Part shown: positions 36,579-49,344 of the stretch, piece after piece
How the letters are laid out: every line of letters starts with the position of its first letter
Position numbering within the stretch: position 1 is the first letter of the stretch
Source of the DNA: Octopus bimaculoides
Lineage: Eukaryota
Direction of reading: 5' to 3'
DNA: 57,417 nt
Assembly (NCBI RefSeq): GCF_001194135.2
Contig: NC_068982.1
Location: forward strand, 20,078,015-20,135,431
Position numbers and translations under genes: made by a program
Notes under the pieces: generated by a model
What the model was told of the DNA's origin: nothing
Seen by the model: the letters and a program-made list of their open reading frames with translations, nothing else
The model's database searches: none

Positions 36579-39329
36579 AGGTTTATCACACAATTAAACC
36601 TTGTGATTGAGCAGATAGCAATCAGTCATGGAGCAAGTGGTTGAGGGGTCTTAAAAACGACATGCTATAAGCCTCACATAGTACTTAGAAAAAGGGAGCT
36701 GCTGCGTACTTACTAAATTCTTCAGTTATAACTGGACTATATTTCGAGATTTGTAGATGTATCTTAATACATAGGTATGTATAATTATAGACATACTTAT
36801 AAATATATCCATTATGTATATATGGATGTACACACATCAACACACGCAAGCACACACACACACACACACATCTTACAGCAGTGGGGTCACATAAATTATA
36901 GTAGAACACTTTGCTTCTAGCATATGTAGTTTTAGGATCATAATCTCGATAATGTAACTTAAGACATATGATAATCAACGCCAAACAGCTAACATAATAA
37001 CAATACATGTAATGACAAAATAACCGAACGTGGATAATTACTGTACATGAAGATGAGAGTGAGTGAGAGATAAAGAAGGAGAGAGAGGGAGAGAAAGAGA
37101 GGTATTAGATATGATATATGTCTGTGACATAGAAGAGAGCATTCGCAAAATCGAACGCTTACAATTGGGTTAAAATTTGTTAAAATATTATCTTGTCACA
37201 AACAAATTTACCTTTGCTATAAATCACAATTTGTAGCAATATATGAGACCAATGACCTCTATGATATATCACAGCTTCCCGAAATGAAACCCTTTATTTT
37301 TTAAATGTAAAGCAGTCGTTGTGATAATTATTTCGGATTTGTCTGAAAACATAAATCTCTGAAACAACTTTCTATATTTCATATAATTGATTACTTCGCT
37401 TATACTTTTTTCTTTCTACTTTGCTGTATGTATTTATTTGCAAATATATTTTATAGCGTCGTAAGACAGAAAGCAGAAATGCGATGAATGTGTAAACTGT
37501 TATTTAATTTATTTAGCACACCGATAGCGAATACTAAACAACAGAAGTTTAGCTCTAGGCAAATCAAATTCATTGTACGGTTTCGATTCTAAGATTAAAA
37601 GAATTTACTTCACTTACGGTGATCAATAAGCTTTTGAAAGCCTAGACTTGGTAATATACTGTTATCAAGTCTCTTTGTTCGTGAAAAGAAGCATATGGCT
37701 TACTTAAGTGCGAAATAGAAAATTAGCATTGCTGAATTATTAAACAATGCTATCATCAATATGAGTAATTCATGTAAACGTTAAAATGATTGTTGAAATA
37801 AATTCTGTTTAAAATGGAACGTAATTGCAATCTAGATAAAAATACATATATGAGTTTTCTAAGGGTGACAATTTACAAGTGAAATTACGCGTTTGTTCGA
37901 CATCAGAGAAAATTATGTACTATTGATTTTTAATTCCTGCGTGTGACACATTTCACTAGATGAAGGACAGTCAATTTCGTGTAGGTATAGTTTTGTTCGT
38001 GATCGATGAAAGAAAGCACAGGAAGAATTTCAAGTAAAAATCCAAAACAAAAGTAGCTTACTGAACTATCAGGTTGAGTATGAAGTGAGCAACGTTTTGA
38101 TACATGAAGAATTTGTACTCGATTTTTGCAGAGTTTTGAATATATTTTAAAGATTGGTTTGCAATTCTCCGATGATACAGACATAGACATGCCCACATGT
38201 ATCAATAAATTTACATTGATATTTTTTCACCGTTGTTACAATCATCTGATAATCATTGTTTAGGTTTTTGTGCTGGGCATTTCTCACAGTCTGATTTAAA
38301 TAAGAATATAAGGTGTGATTCACTTGGTTCTTCACTTCTGAAAGAATTTAAACATATTTAGAATAGGAATTTTAGTATCAATATTTCCGCATCAATATTA
38401 AGAAAACAGATGACTTTTAATTCAGAGAAATTTGTTGTTTCGTTGCTTCAGTAATTGTTTTACTGTAAACATCTATTTTACATTGGTTATTACGCATCAA
38501 AGGAGTTTTCTTTCCTTTTCGCCAGAGTATTCTGCATTGTGTAGTTTCGTATCTGTTTGTTATTCACATACAAATACTGATATTGTATACAATCACTCCT
38601 AACACCTAAAGCTCTCTGAACAAATTGTATATATGTAGTTGTAACCTGTAATATTTTTTAAAAAGTATTTTCAGTAAATATGGAAACAAAAACAAATGAC
38701 TTTTAATATAAGTGATATCAAAATAAATACATAATGAAATCATTTAAATAATGTCTTTTAACTACGCCGAACTCAACATTTTTCCCAAAACTCTTCAATG
38801 AATGTTTACAAAAATAAATTTTTGAAATAATTCGGTAAAATTTTTGAGCAAAAACGAATTGAATATATAGTAAAATAACTTTAATCAAAATTATACAAAT
38901 ATGAAATGAAAACGCAAAAAGTATACAAGTAACATTGAAAATAACTGAGATGAAAAGTTATTTTAAAATGAAAGGAAACCAGTATATTTGCTCAATAACA
39001 ACTAAATAATTATACGGAAGATTAAATTAGTAATATAATTTTAAGAAAATAAAGGAAAAAATACTACTGAAATTATTTTGAAATCCAAAAAGAAAAAGAA
39101 AAAAAGAAAATCTTGCAAGACAAGGAAATGTGCAAGTACAGCCCTCACTTCTGCGTTACCATTATCTCGTGACACAAGGATTTACGCTTATCGAAAACAT
39201 AATTGATCACTCCTAATTTGGAGTCTATCATTTCTGTTCTACGGATAAATTTAAGAATTTTAAGCTACACATTCTTCTCAGCTAAAGAGCATTTAAGCTA
39301 AGATGGCATTAGTTAACAATTTATAAGTT

Positions 39330-39730
39330 TTCTACAATTCGAAAGAATATTGTTACAGAAATAATACCGGGTTTTGAAGAAATCATACAAGATAATGTGG
39401 TTGAATTACTAGTGTCTCTGAGTGAGTGTTTATCTAACAAGGATGTGATATTGTAAGAAAATAATAATAATAAAGGTAAGTATATAGAAATTCTATTTAC
39501 TCCGTTAAAACTTACTCTGGACAATATGGATAAGGGTTGGCACTTGTAGAGAAGATTTTTGCTATGAACAATATTAATTGTAAATGTAACACAAGAGTTG
39601 CAAGAGGGGTTCACTACGAGCTCTGTCCCTCTACACTCAACTGTACAAAGAGACGTTGCACCATAAACATCAAGCAATTTTGGATAAGTTCTTTCCAACT
39701 CAACTAGATGTTGATGAGGACGAAGTCTGA
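39330..39730 (+). mobile_element. pogo/Tigger-like transposase C-terminal remnant
   Basis: PGFEEIIQDNVVELLVSLSECLSNKDVIL (cf. GFxDxxxxDVxELLxSHxEELTxEDL) and RGSLRALSLYTQLYKETLHHKHQAILDKFF (cf. YxEIYKEKK..QxTLDKFF); stops present. Confidence 0.55.
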
Positions 39731-40536
39731 GAGAGAAGATAGTGTCCATCATCCGCCCAGTAACTCAGAGAGTTTTCAAAAGGTTTTTATGCTAAGAACG
39801 TATCGTATTATAATGTTACGAAATCGTCGTCACAGTGATGGGTTTGATACGAATGATCAGCATACAACGATGAATTCGATGTTCGTGGCTGAAAACAAGT
39901 AGTGGCGTGTAGGTACAGGCATCCTCCGATGCAATGACTCCTTTCATAGACTTATGTGTTTCCATACACGTTGTCTCAGAGAAGTTTCTCCCAAAACTGT
40001 CTAAGCAGCGAAGCGTTTTTCTCACGTTCTAATGTAGACAAACGTGTTAAATATCAATGTCCATATGAATATTTTACTCAATGCTTGGGAGCTGCAAAAG
40101 GGAGCGGGGTAGCCCCATCCTAGATCATGCGCGTTGCACTCTTGTATACCACTTGACACGTTATATAGCGGCTCAGAGAAGTAGTCTGGTGGGGTACAAT
40201 GCCAAATGCCTTACTCACCGTCCGACGCGTTTTGTTCTTTAGCAGAACAGTTGACGTCGACATACGCCGGAGAATTGACGATGACAGCGATATATATATA
40301 TATATAGATAAACAGATGTCTCCTTTTGGTGTTTTTTTGGTAATATATATGTTAATGTGTGTGCGTGCATGCGCGAGAATATCGCGCGCGTGTCGGTTGA
40401 AGAGGTGTACAGATTTTATACAGAAGGAAAATTGAGGTGGTCAGGATTGGGATAAAAACTGTTTATTTACTGCTTACGTTCCTTTCAGAAATCCAACTTG
40501 GATCCCCGAAGGAAAGGTTTTAATCATCATTATTAT

Positions 40537-40597
<61 letters not shown>

Positions 40598-40600
<3 letters not shown>

Positions 40601-40834
40601 GGTGGCCCAAAAGTACGTTTACATCACGTAGGCGTTTTAAATTTCTTTTAAAACATTTTATCACATTTAAATTTCTATCTTACAAACTGAAAAAAGAACT
40701 TGACAAATTCAACTCAATTAGCATAGGATACTGGTTTCATATTTTTTTATAATTAATATCTACACTGTTAATATATGAATGCGAAAGAGATGGTTGAATA
40801 ACAATAACAGTAAACCTACTTTTGGGCTACCTTG
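40598..40834. mobile_element. Tc1/mariner-type MITE (237 bp) with 25-bp TIRs and TA target sites
   Basis: Left CAGGGTGGCCCAAAAGTACGTTTAC; right end reverse-complements to CAAGGTAGCCCAAAAGTAGGTTTAC (3 mismatches); TA at 40596-40597 and 40835-40836. Confidence 0.9.
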
Positions 40835-40848
40835 TATATATATATATG

Positions 40849-41141
40849 AGGGATGACCACTAAGTGGACATCCATTTTGCTAAAAGTAGACCACCTATGG
40901 TGTGACCACTAAGAAAAGACGATCATACTGAAGAGTTGCGGACAATTCCATAAGTAATTACGTAAGTAGTTGACAACGGAATCAGTCTATGATTAATCCT
41001 TATATTTTATATCTTTTCATTTGTCATGCTCGCTTACGTTCTGGTGTTTGCTGAATTTTCTTGAGAACAATCTTTTCTTAGTGGTCAGATCATAGGTGGT
41101 CTACTTCTACCAAAATGGATGCCCACCTAGTGGTGATCCCT
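40849..41141. mobile_element. MITE with about 70-75 bp terminal inverted repeats
   Basis: Left AGGGATGACCACTAAGTGGACATCCATTTTGCTAAAAGTAGACCACCTATGGTGTGACCACTAAGAAAAGA versus right-end reverse complement AGGGATCACCACTAGGTGGGCATCCATTTTGGTAGAAGTAGACCACCTATGATCTGACCACTAAGAAAAGA; TA-rich flanks. Confidence 0.9.
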
Positions 41142-41519
41142 TTTATATAATTTTTCTGAATCTTCAGATTTTTTCAATTTGCTAGGCCACTGGTTTTAAA
41201 TTGATATTAATTAAATTAATATTAAAATTTTCACCCTTATTATTTATATATATATATATATTCGCATCTGCGGCTTTGTGTTTGTGGGATTTTCCTCGCT
41301 GTTTGGCTACTGGACTACTCAAGTCGATTTGTCCAACCCAAATAACTTCAAGATGATGCACCAGCATGGTCGCAGCGCACTGAATGAAGCAAATATGGAC
41401 GCGCGCATGCACCAGCACGCACACACACACTCATACATATATGCACGCGCCCTTTTATATACGTGTGTGTCTGTAGGTGTGCGTGCACATCCCCGTGTAA
41501 GCGTATGTGTCCCTCTGAG

Positions 41520-41960
41520 TTGGGCCTTAATTACTGTTAGATATTTCAGTGATTTCTTTGGGAAAAGTATCTTGTATTCTGTAGACATTCATCGATTAAA
41601 AAATGCTGAAAATTTTTCAGAGACATATAATATATATAACTATCAACACAAAGATCTCAACTGATCGGAAATGAAATCTTCTGTTATTAGATGATATATT
41701 ATATATGATTTCGAAAAGTAAAGTGTAAGCAATGATTAGATTTTTAATAATAGTTTAGCTTCAAGAAGTTGAGATACAGAAATAGATAAAGGCGTGACGG
41801 ATGCGAATCGTTCTTGAAAATACTCCAATTCTCCTATGCATATATCTACTATATTGGTCTCAGTTCCCAATAATTTCATATTAAGAATTAACATTTTATC
41901 AAGAACACCTATTATTATATGCCAGATTCGTTCATTTAACAATACAAATACATAATTTTC
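41520..41960. repeat. Diverged duplicated segment, copy 1 (copy 2 at about 46500-46900)
   Basis: Shared collinear blocks tcaactgatcggaaat, gtgtaagc.atgatta.attttt, atagataaaggc, cccaataattt.ata. Confidence 0.7.
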
Positions 41961-42038
41961 ACACAATGACATATATTTAGTTGAAATTTTGTGTGGCTTT
42001 CTTGCAACTCCTAGTAATTATACAGAATGACAAATACA

Positions 42039-42073
<35 letters not shown>

Positions 42074-42212
42074 CATGAGACAGAAATAGTGTCCATCTAT
42101 CTATGTCTACCTGTCCGCCTGTCTGTCTGTCTACCTGTCTGCCTGTCTATCTGTCTGTCTGCCCGTCTGTTGGTTGTTGTCTATATGTCTATCCATTTAT
42201 CGGCACACACAC

Positions 42213-42252
<40 letters not shown>

Positions 42253-42619
42253 TTGTACATATATGTGTGTACGTGTGTGTATGAGTATGTGCGTGTGTAT
42301 GTATGTATACACTCGTATGCACACATGTGTAAATATTGGGAGCGAAGGGACAAAGAGACATTGTTGGTTTCACGTAAGTAACTTTAGTTTAAGTACTCAA
42401 AACACATGAATGAAATTGCAATCGTACAAAGTAAAGCATTGCGCTTTAGCGTTATCTACCAGTCTATCATGTACACATATACTTACATACAAACATGTGC
42501 ACTTATACTTGTGTATATGGATATATGCTGGTAAGTGTTTTTTCACTGATGAATGAAATGTTAAAAGGAGCGAGAAAATGTATACTGAATGTTCTAAAGC
42601 ATTTATGGTAACATTTATT

Positions 42620-43237
42620 CCTTTCTACTCTAGGCACAAGGCCCGAAATTTTGGAGGAGGGGCCAGTCGATTGGATCGACTCCAGTACGCAACTGGTACT
42701 TAATTTATCGACTCTGAAAGTTAACCTCAGCGGAATTTGAACCCAGAGCGTAAAGACAGACAAAATACCGCTAAGCATTTTGCCCGGCGTGCTAACGTTT
42801 CTTATTCCTTTATTGCCCACAATGGGCTAAACATAGAGGGGACAAACAAGGACAAAGGGATTAACTCGGTTACGTCGACCCCAGTGCGTAACTGGTAGTT
42901 AATTTATCGACCCCGAAAGGATGAAAGGCAAAGTCGACCTCAGCGGAATTTGAACTCAGAACGTAAAGGCAGACGAAATACCGCTAAGCATTTTGCCCGG
43001 CGTGTTAACGTTTCTGCCCCATCACCGCCTTATGCTAACGTTTATTCTTTTCTACTCTAGGCACGAGGCCAGTCGATTAGATCGACCCCAGTACGCAATT
43101 GGTACGTAATTTATCAACCCTAAAAGGATGAAAGGCAAGGTCGACCTCGGCGGAATTTGAACGGAGGAACGTAACGGTAGAAAAAATACCGCTTAGCATT
43201 TCGCCCGGCATGCTAACTATTCTGCCTGCTCGTCATC
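42620..43237 (-). mobile_element. Tandem trimer of the 'GCGGCGAGCTGGCAGAA' SINE-like family
   Basis: Three well-preserved units with gcggaatttgaac, ataccgct.agcattt.gcccggc; bounded by TTATGGTAACATTTATT at 42603-42619 and 43238-43254. Confidence 0.88.
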
Positions 43238-43658
43238 TTATGGTAACATTTATTACTAGCTTTACCAACCAATAAAGTACACACTACCCCTACCCAATCG
43301 TTGTAATAGGTTCCGACTAATAGCAGCCGCCAGCCACTGATTCGTTCACCAATCAGTAGTCGACTAACCTTGTATCAGTGAATAACATATCGATACAGTA
43401 GCAATATTTAGCAGGAAGATATGCTATGTGTTTAAGAAACAACTTTAAAAGTAGAGAAGATTTATACAAAATTTAAACGCTTAGAGACACACATTTCAAA
43501 TGAGTGAATCAGTTCATTACAGTGTATGTTAGAAATTGAAGACAACATACATAATTTGAAATTATATACTTAAAAATCCAAGTTCAGGAATGAAATTAAT
43601 ATATGCATGCAAACATTTATACATATATTCACACACACACACACGGGCGCGCACACAC

Positions 43659-43659
<1 letters not shown>

Positions 43660-43731
<72 letters not shown>
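43660..43731. repeat. (TCTA)n microsatellite
   Basis: Directly visible. Confidence 0.95.
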
Positions 43732-43779
43732 GCAATATGTATGTATGTGTATACATAGATATCTAGATATATTTAGTTC

Positions 43780-44010
43780 AAATTTACAGAAAGCAAAAGA
43801 CGAAGATATGTGCAAGAACAACGAGCAGGTGTATTACTATAACGCTCGGGAAAAATGGAAAAGTCTTTTAGGTTTCGAGCACATGCTCTTCAACAGAAAG
43901 GATTATGGGGGTGGGGAATGGAGAGAGAATGAAAAACACGGAGAGAGAAAAAATGTGCAGAATTCAACGGTCCAACATGGCGACATGACTGCAAATAAAG
44001 AGGTTCAATG
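43780..44010 (-). mobile_element. Short Penelope-type terminal-repeat element with hammerhead-like motif
   Basis: Minus strand CTTT-CTGTTGA-A-GAGC-ATGT-GCTC-GAAA-CC-TA-AAAG; homologous to 24895-25090. Confidence 0.7.
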
Positions 44011-44019
44011 AAAGAGAGA

Positions 44020-44064
44020 TAATAATAATAATGATGATGATGATGATGATAACAACAACAACAA

Positions 44065-44096
<32 letters not shown>

Positions 44097-44151
44097 ACAA
44101 CAACAACAACAACAGCAACAACAACAACAACAATAATAATAATAATAATAA
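44020..44151. repeat. Compound trinucleotide microsatellite (AAT/GAT/AAC/AGC)
   Basis: Directly visible. Confidence 0.95.
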
Positions 44152-44752
44152 NNNNNNNNNNNNNNNNNNNNNNNNNNNNNNNNNNNNNNNNNNNNNNNNN
44201 NNNNNNNNNNNNNNNNNNNNNNNNNNNNNNNNNNNNNNNNNNNNNNNNNNNNNNNNNNNNNNNNNNNNNNNNNNNNNNNNNNNNNNNNNNNNNNNNNNNN
44301 NNNNNNNNNNNNNNNNNNNNNNNNNNNNNNNNNNNNNNNNNNNNNNNNNNNNNNNNNNNNNNNNNNNNNNNNNNNNNNNNNNNNNNNNNNNNNNNNNNNN
44401 NNNNNNNNNNNNNNNNNNNNNNNNNNNNNNNNNNNNNNNNNNNNNNNNNNNNNNNNNNNNNNNNNNNNNNNNNNNNNNNNNNNNNNNNNNNNNNNNNNNN
44501 NNNNNNNNNNNNNNNNNNNNNNNNNNNNNNNNNNNNNNNNNNNNNNNNNNNNNNNNNNNNNNNNNNNNNNNNNNNNNNNNNNNNNNNNNNNNNNNNNNNN
44601 NNNNNNNNNNNNNNNNNNNNNNNNNNNNNNNNNNNNNNNNNNNNNNNNNNNNNNNNNNNNNNNNNNNNNNNNNNNNNNNNNNNNNNNNNNNNNNNNNNNN
44701 NNNNNNNNNNNNNNNNNNNNNNNNNNNNNNNNNNNNNNNNNNNNNNNNNNNN

Positions 44753-45004
44753 AAACAATTCCTATCATAGTAGGTGCCTTAGGTATAATAAAAAAATATT
44801 CAGACAAATACATAACAAAAACACCAGGACTTACAAATATATATAACATACAGAAAATTGCACTACTGGGTACTGCACACATTCTACGCAAAACACTTTC
44901 AATACAGTAAACATAAGAGCACCACAGCAAACCACAGCACATACCCAAGGCGCACAGAGCTGCGCTCGGTAGTGAAGTGAAAGCACGTTATAAAAATAAA
45001 ACTA

Positions 45005-45007
<3 letters not shown>
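44753..45007 (+). mobile_element. 3' end of an RLE LINE (family Y) with (AAT)n tail
   Basis: IPIIVGALGIIKKYSDKYITKTPGLTNIYNIQKIALLGTAHILRKTLSIQ* then short 3' UTR and (AAT)n at 45008-45068. Confidence 0.85.
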
Positions 45008-45049
<42 letters not shown>

Positions 45050-45069
45050 TAATAATAATAGTAATAATT

Positions 45070-45885
45070 AAGAGTGCTCATGAATTCCGATCAAGAACAG
45101 CCAACAGGAAAGAAGAAATCCTATTCCGCTTGGAATTACATGGTCAGTTCTACCGTGACACCAACAAATTAAAAGACCAGAAAGCATCATGGAGGTGGTT
45201 TAGCAAGGGTGACCTAAGAAAGAATACTGAAAGCCTAATCATCGCTGCCCAGGACCAGACATTGAATTCACTGAAAAAAAATATATATATATACCAGACA
45301 AGTGCAACGGACTTCTGCAGAATGTGGGAAGAGGGTCGAAAGCGTGGCTCACATTGTTAGTGCTTGTGAAAGTCTTGCGCCGAAAGAGTGCAAGCGTAGA
45401 CATGACAAGGTAGCCCAAAACATCTACCGGCTACTATGTCGCAAGTATGGATATGGGGTTACTGGTGCTTGGTATCAATGTACACCGGAAAAGGTAATGG
45501 AGAAAAAGGGGAAGGCGATAATCCTCTGGGATTTTGATTTCCAGACGGACAAGGTATTAGAACACCGAAGGCCGGATATAGTAACTTTTAGGAGGGACAA
45601 ACAAGTGTGCCTAATAATTGGCAGTGCCAGAAGATTAACATATAATCGTGGCAGTGCCAGGAGATCATTATATCATCATGAAAGGAAGAGAAAAGAGTGA
45701 TAAATATGGGGACCTGAGAATTGTCATCAGAGCATTGGGTTCAATTCACACCCAATCTAAAAAAATAAAACACGTGAAGACTTTAGAAATACCCTACAAT
45801 CTAGGTATATTACAAAAGTCGGCATTACTTGGGATTGCACGCATATTGCGTAAAGTACTGTTTGAGGTCCTTGTTGTAACTTGAC
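45070..45885 (+). mobile_element. 5'-truncated R4/Dong-like RLE LINE (family Z)
   Basis: LHGQFYR, WRWFSKGDLRKNTESLIIAAQDQ, CGKRVESVAHIVSAC..RRHDKVA, ILWDFDFQTDKVLEHRRPDIV, LQKSALLGIARILRKVL; frameshifts and a short internal duplication near 45620-45670. Confidence 0.92.
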
Positions 45886-45949
45886 AAACAATATATTCTA
45901 TAATGTCAAAACAATGGAAGTTATAAGAAGTAAAACAAGGCAATGGTTT

Positions 45950-46340
45950 GTGCTTTTACTCTGTATTTCAGTATATTCTTGTTCAGAAAACTTTGTGGGG
46001 AAATGTGTGGTAATCTGACTTCTCTGTTCTGTAGCGTACGTATACGAATGGTTGCTTCGCGTGAGCAGGATAGTGCTGCTATGTTATCCAATCAGCTGCC
46101 TAGCAGATCGGTTTTGCTGTTAGTGCTTGAGTTGATCTGTTTAATTAAGATGGCTTTTTCTCTTGTCACATTACCTATGTTACTTTCTCTAGATTCAATA
46201 GAAGCATGAATGTCGTGCGTATAACATCTTCGTCGTCGTTTTGGGGCGGAAGAAGCATTAGCATAGATGTAGTCTTTAACTCGTATATATACTTGTCTGA
46301 TGGTACTTCCGATGTGACACGTTGGTGGATACATGAAATC
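45950..46340 (-). mobile_element. Penelope GIY-YIG endonuclease fragment and 3' flank
   Basis: TCHIGSTIRQVYIRVKDY (cf. YIGxTxRxLxxRxKEH) and SRESNIGNVTREKAILIKQINSSTNSK (cf. RE..LxxKEAILIKxxxPxIN). Confidence 0.6.
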
Positions 46341-46499
46341 ATATGATTTTGCATTGAGTACTTATATGAATAAGTGCTTTCTGAGTTCTATACTGTGTAT
46401 AATACACATACACACACACACGCACGTACATAAGCGCGCGCACACACACACACACATGCACGTACATAACCGCGCGCACACACACACACACCACTTTAT

Positions 46500-46900
46500 A
46501 TGGGTCGGATTGTGTGTGTAAGAATGACTTGTGTATTTGGAAGACATTACTTGATTAAGAAATGTTACTTCTAAATTTTGAAATGAAATATATAATGAAC
46601 ACTAGATTTATGAATATAAACATCTGTCAACTGATCGGAAATAAGAAGCCATTTTGTTTGTAAGTATAGAAAGGTGTAAGCGATGATTAAATTTTTCATG
46701 GCACTTTAACTTGAGGAACTTAAGATTTAGATATAGATAAAGGCTTGGTCTATGGCAATCATTATTGATAAAATAGCATTTCCATTATACATATACTTAT
46801 ATTCGTCTATGTACCCAATAATTTTATAGCAATAATAGCACTTCAATCATGAATATTATATTCGACACTGTTTCATATAACATTACAGATATATAATTTG
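46500..46900. repeat. Diverged duplicated segment, copy 2
   Basis: Collinear similarity to 41520-41960. Confidence 0.7.
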
Positions 46901-47230
46901 CTCACAACAAAAGTTAGTGAGAGATTTATGTTGATATATTTTACTGAAGTATTTAAGAAGTAGACATGTAAAAATACATACATTATATATATGTATGAAA
47001 AGTGCGTGCGTGTGTGTATGGAAAAGTGTGTGTGAGTGCGTGTGTATGTGTTCGAGTGCGTGTATTCCATGTGCACCCGAAAATTTGCAAAAACATTGGC
47101 ATACACCTTACATTGTAAGAATTATAAGAATTCACTTATATTTGTATGTCTGTATATCCCATCTCATTCTCTCTTCATATATATATATATATTTACATGT
47201 TATTTACACACACACACACACACACGCACA

Positions 47231-47285
<55 letters not shown>

Positions 47286-48977
47286 GGAGAGACAAGAAGA
47301 ATGATGAATAAAAGCAAGTGTACACATGGCTCGTTATGTAAGCAATGATACTGGTTATTTGGATGACACCGTGCTTATATGTGCATACAAACACTCTCTC
47401 TCACACACACACATATACACATATATGCGTGTGTGTGCACGTATATATATACTTGTATATGATGTAATGTATATTTATGGAAAGAAATGGTTAAATATGA
47501 AGAAGGGAATTTGTTAAAATATATAAGAGAATTTTAATTCATGCAGACGATCGTTTCGTACAGACATATAAATTCATGTTTGAATTGAATTAAATTTAAT
47601 TAATTAAATTAATTTAGTTAATTATAGTTAAAATCTAACTGGACTCACATCTCTTTTTCTCATAAGGATAAATATGAAAATCCAAGATTATATTCTGCTA
47701 TTTCCTTTCCCAAGGTCCTTGTAAAAAGTTTGTTTTTACTTCTTGCACTGAAGAGCATATTGATATATAATTTATCTTGTTGTTACCTGCATACGACGTA
47801 TATGATATGCCTACACACCAATGCTCGGGGATAATACAGGTAACGAATACTGATATTGTATACGAATACTTTATCCCNNNNNNNNNNNNNNNNNNNNNNN
47901 NNNNNNNNNNNNNNNNNNNNNNNNNNNNNNNNNNNNNNNNNNNNNNNNNNNNNNNNNNNNNNNNNNNNNNNNNNNNNNNNNNNNNNNNNNNNNNNNNNNN
48001 NNNNNNNNNNNNNNNNNNNNNNNNNNNNNNNNNNNNNNNNNNNNNNNNNNNNNNNNNNNNNNNNNNNNNNNNNNNNNNNNNNNNNNNNNNNNNNNNNNNN
48101 NNNNNNNNNNNNNNNNNNNNNNNNNNNNNNNNNNNNNNNNNNNNNNNNNNNNNNNNNNNNNNNNNNNNNNNNNNNNNNNNNNNNNNNNNNNNNNNNNNNN
48201 NNNNNNNNNNNNNNNNNNNNNNNNNNNNNNNNNNNNNNNNNNNNNNNNNNNNNNNNNNNNNNNNNNNNNNNNNNNNNNNNNNNNNNNNNNNNNNNNNNNN
48301 NNNNNNNNNNNNNNNNNNNNNNNNNNNNNNNNNNNNNNNNNNNNNNNNNNNNNNNNNNNNNNNNNNNNNNNNNNNNNNNNNNNNNNNNNNNNNNNNNNNN
48401 NNNNNNNNNNNNNNNNNNNNNNNNNNNNNNNNNNNNNNNNNNNNNNNNNNNNNNNNNNNNNNNNNNNNNNNNNNNNNNNNNNNNNNNNNNNNNNNNNNNN
48501 NNNNNNNNNNNNNNNNNNNNNNNNNNNNNNNNNNNNNNNNNNNNNNNNNNNNNNNNNNNNNNNNNNNNNNNNNNNNNNNNNNNNNNNNNNNNNNNNNNNN
48601 NNNNNNNNNNNNNNNNNNNNNNNNACACACACACACACACATATATATATATAAAATATATACACATATATATACATATTTACACACATCCATATCCATA
48701 TATATACACATACATACACATATATATATATACATATATATACACATATATATGCATACATATACACACACATATACATATATACATACATATATACATA
48801 CATACATATACATACATAAGTACATACATATACACACATGCATACATACACGTGCAAACACACAAATATATATATATATATACACACATACACACATATA
48901 TGTATATATATAAAAACATAAACATACATGCATCCAACCAAGCACATATACACACATGTTTATGTATGTATTTGTAT

Positions 48978-49145
48978 GTCTGTGCTTGTCCCCCCCATCA
49001 CTTGATAACCGATGATGATATGTTTACGTCCCCGTAACCTAGCGTTTTGGCAGAAGAGACCGACAGGGTAAGTCCAGGGGTCGATTTGTTCGACTAAATG
49101 GGTTACTCCAGCATGGTCACAGTCAAATGACTGAAGCAAGTAAAA

Positions 49146-49148
<3 letters not shown>
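48978..49148 (+). mobile_element. 3' half of SINE family C
   Basis: ttgtccccccatcacttgataaccgatg..gtttacgtccccgtaac..ggggtcgatttgttcgactaaa..ctccagcatggtcacagtcaaatgactgaagcaagtaaaagaa. Confidence 0.8.
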
Positions 49149-49186
<38 letters not shown>

Positions 49187-49344
49187 GGAAATTTATATAG
49201 ATAATAATTTAGCTGGCGAAAGAAATGTATTTATAGAACTTTGCTAATACAATTACATGTGATAATCAAGGAGCATTTTTATAGATGTTTTAGATAATGG
49301 CTTACTGGTGTTATAACTATGCTTATTATGGAATGAAGTCCAAT

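Noticed and set aside
38100-38312. Cys-rich minus-strand peptide (DCEKCP...CKFIDTCGHVYVC) and alternative plus-strand exon or hAT-like readings
   Set aside because: Needs a stop read-through and a frameshift; competing interpretations, none supported.
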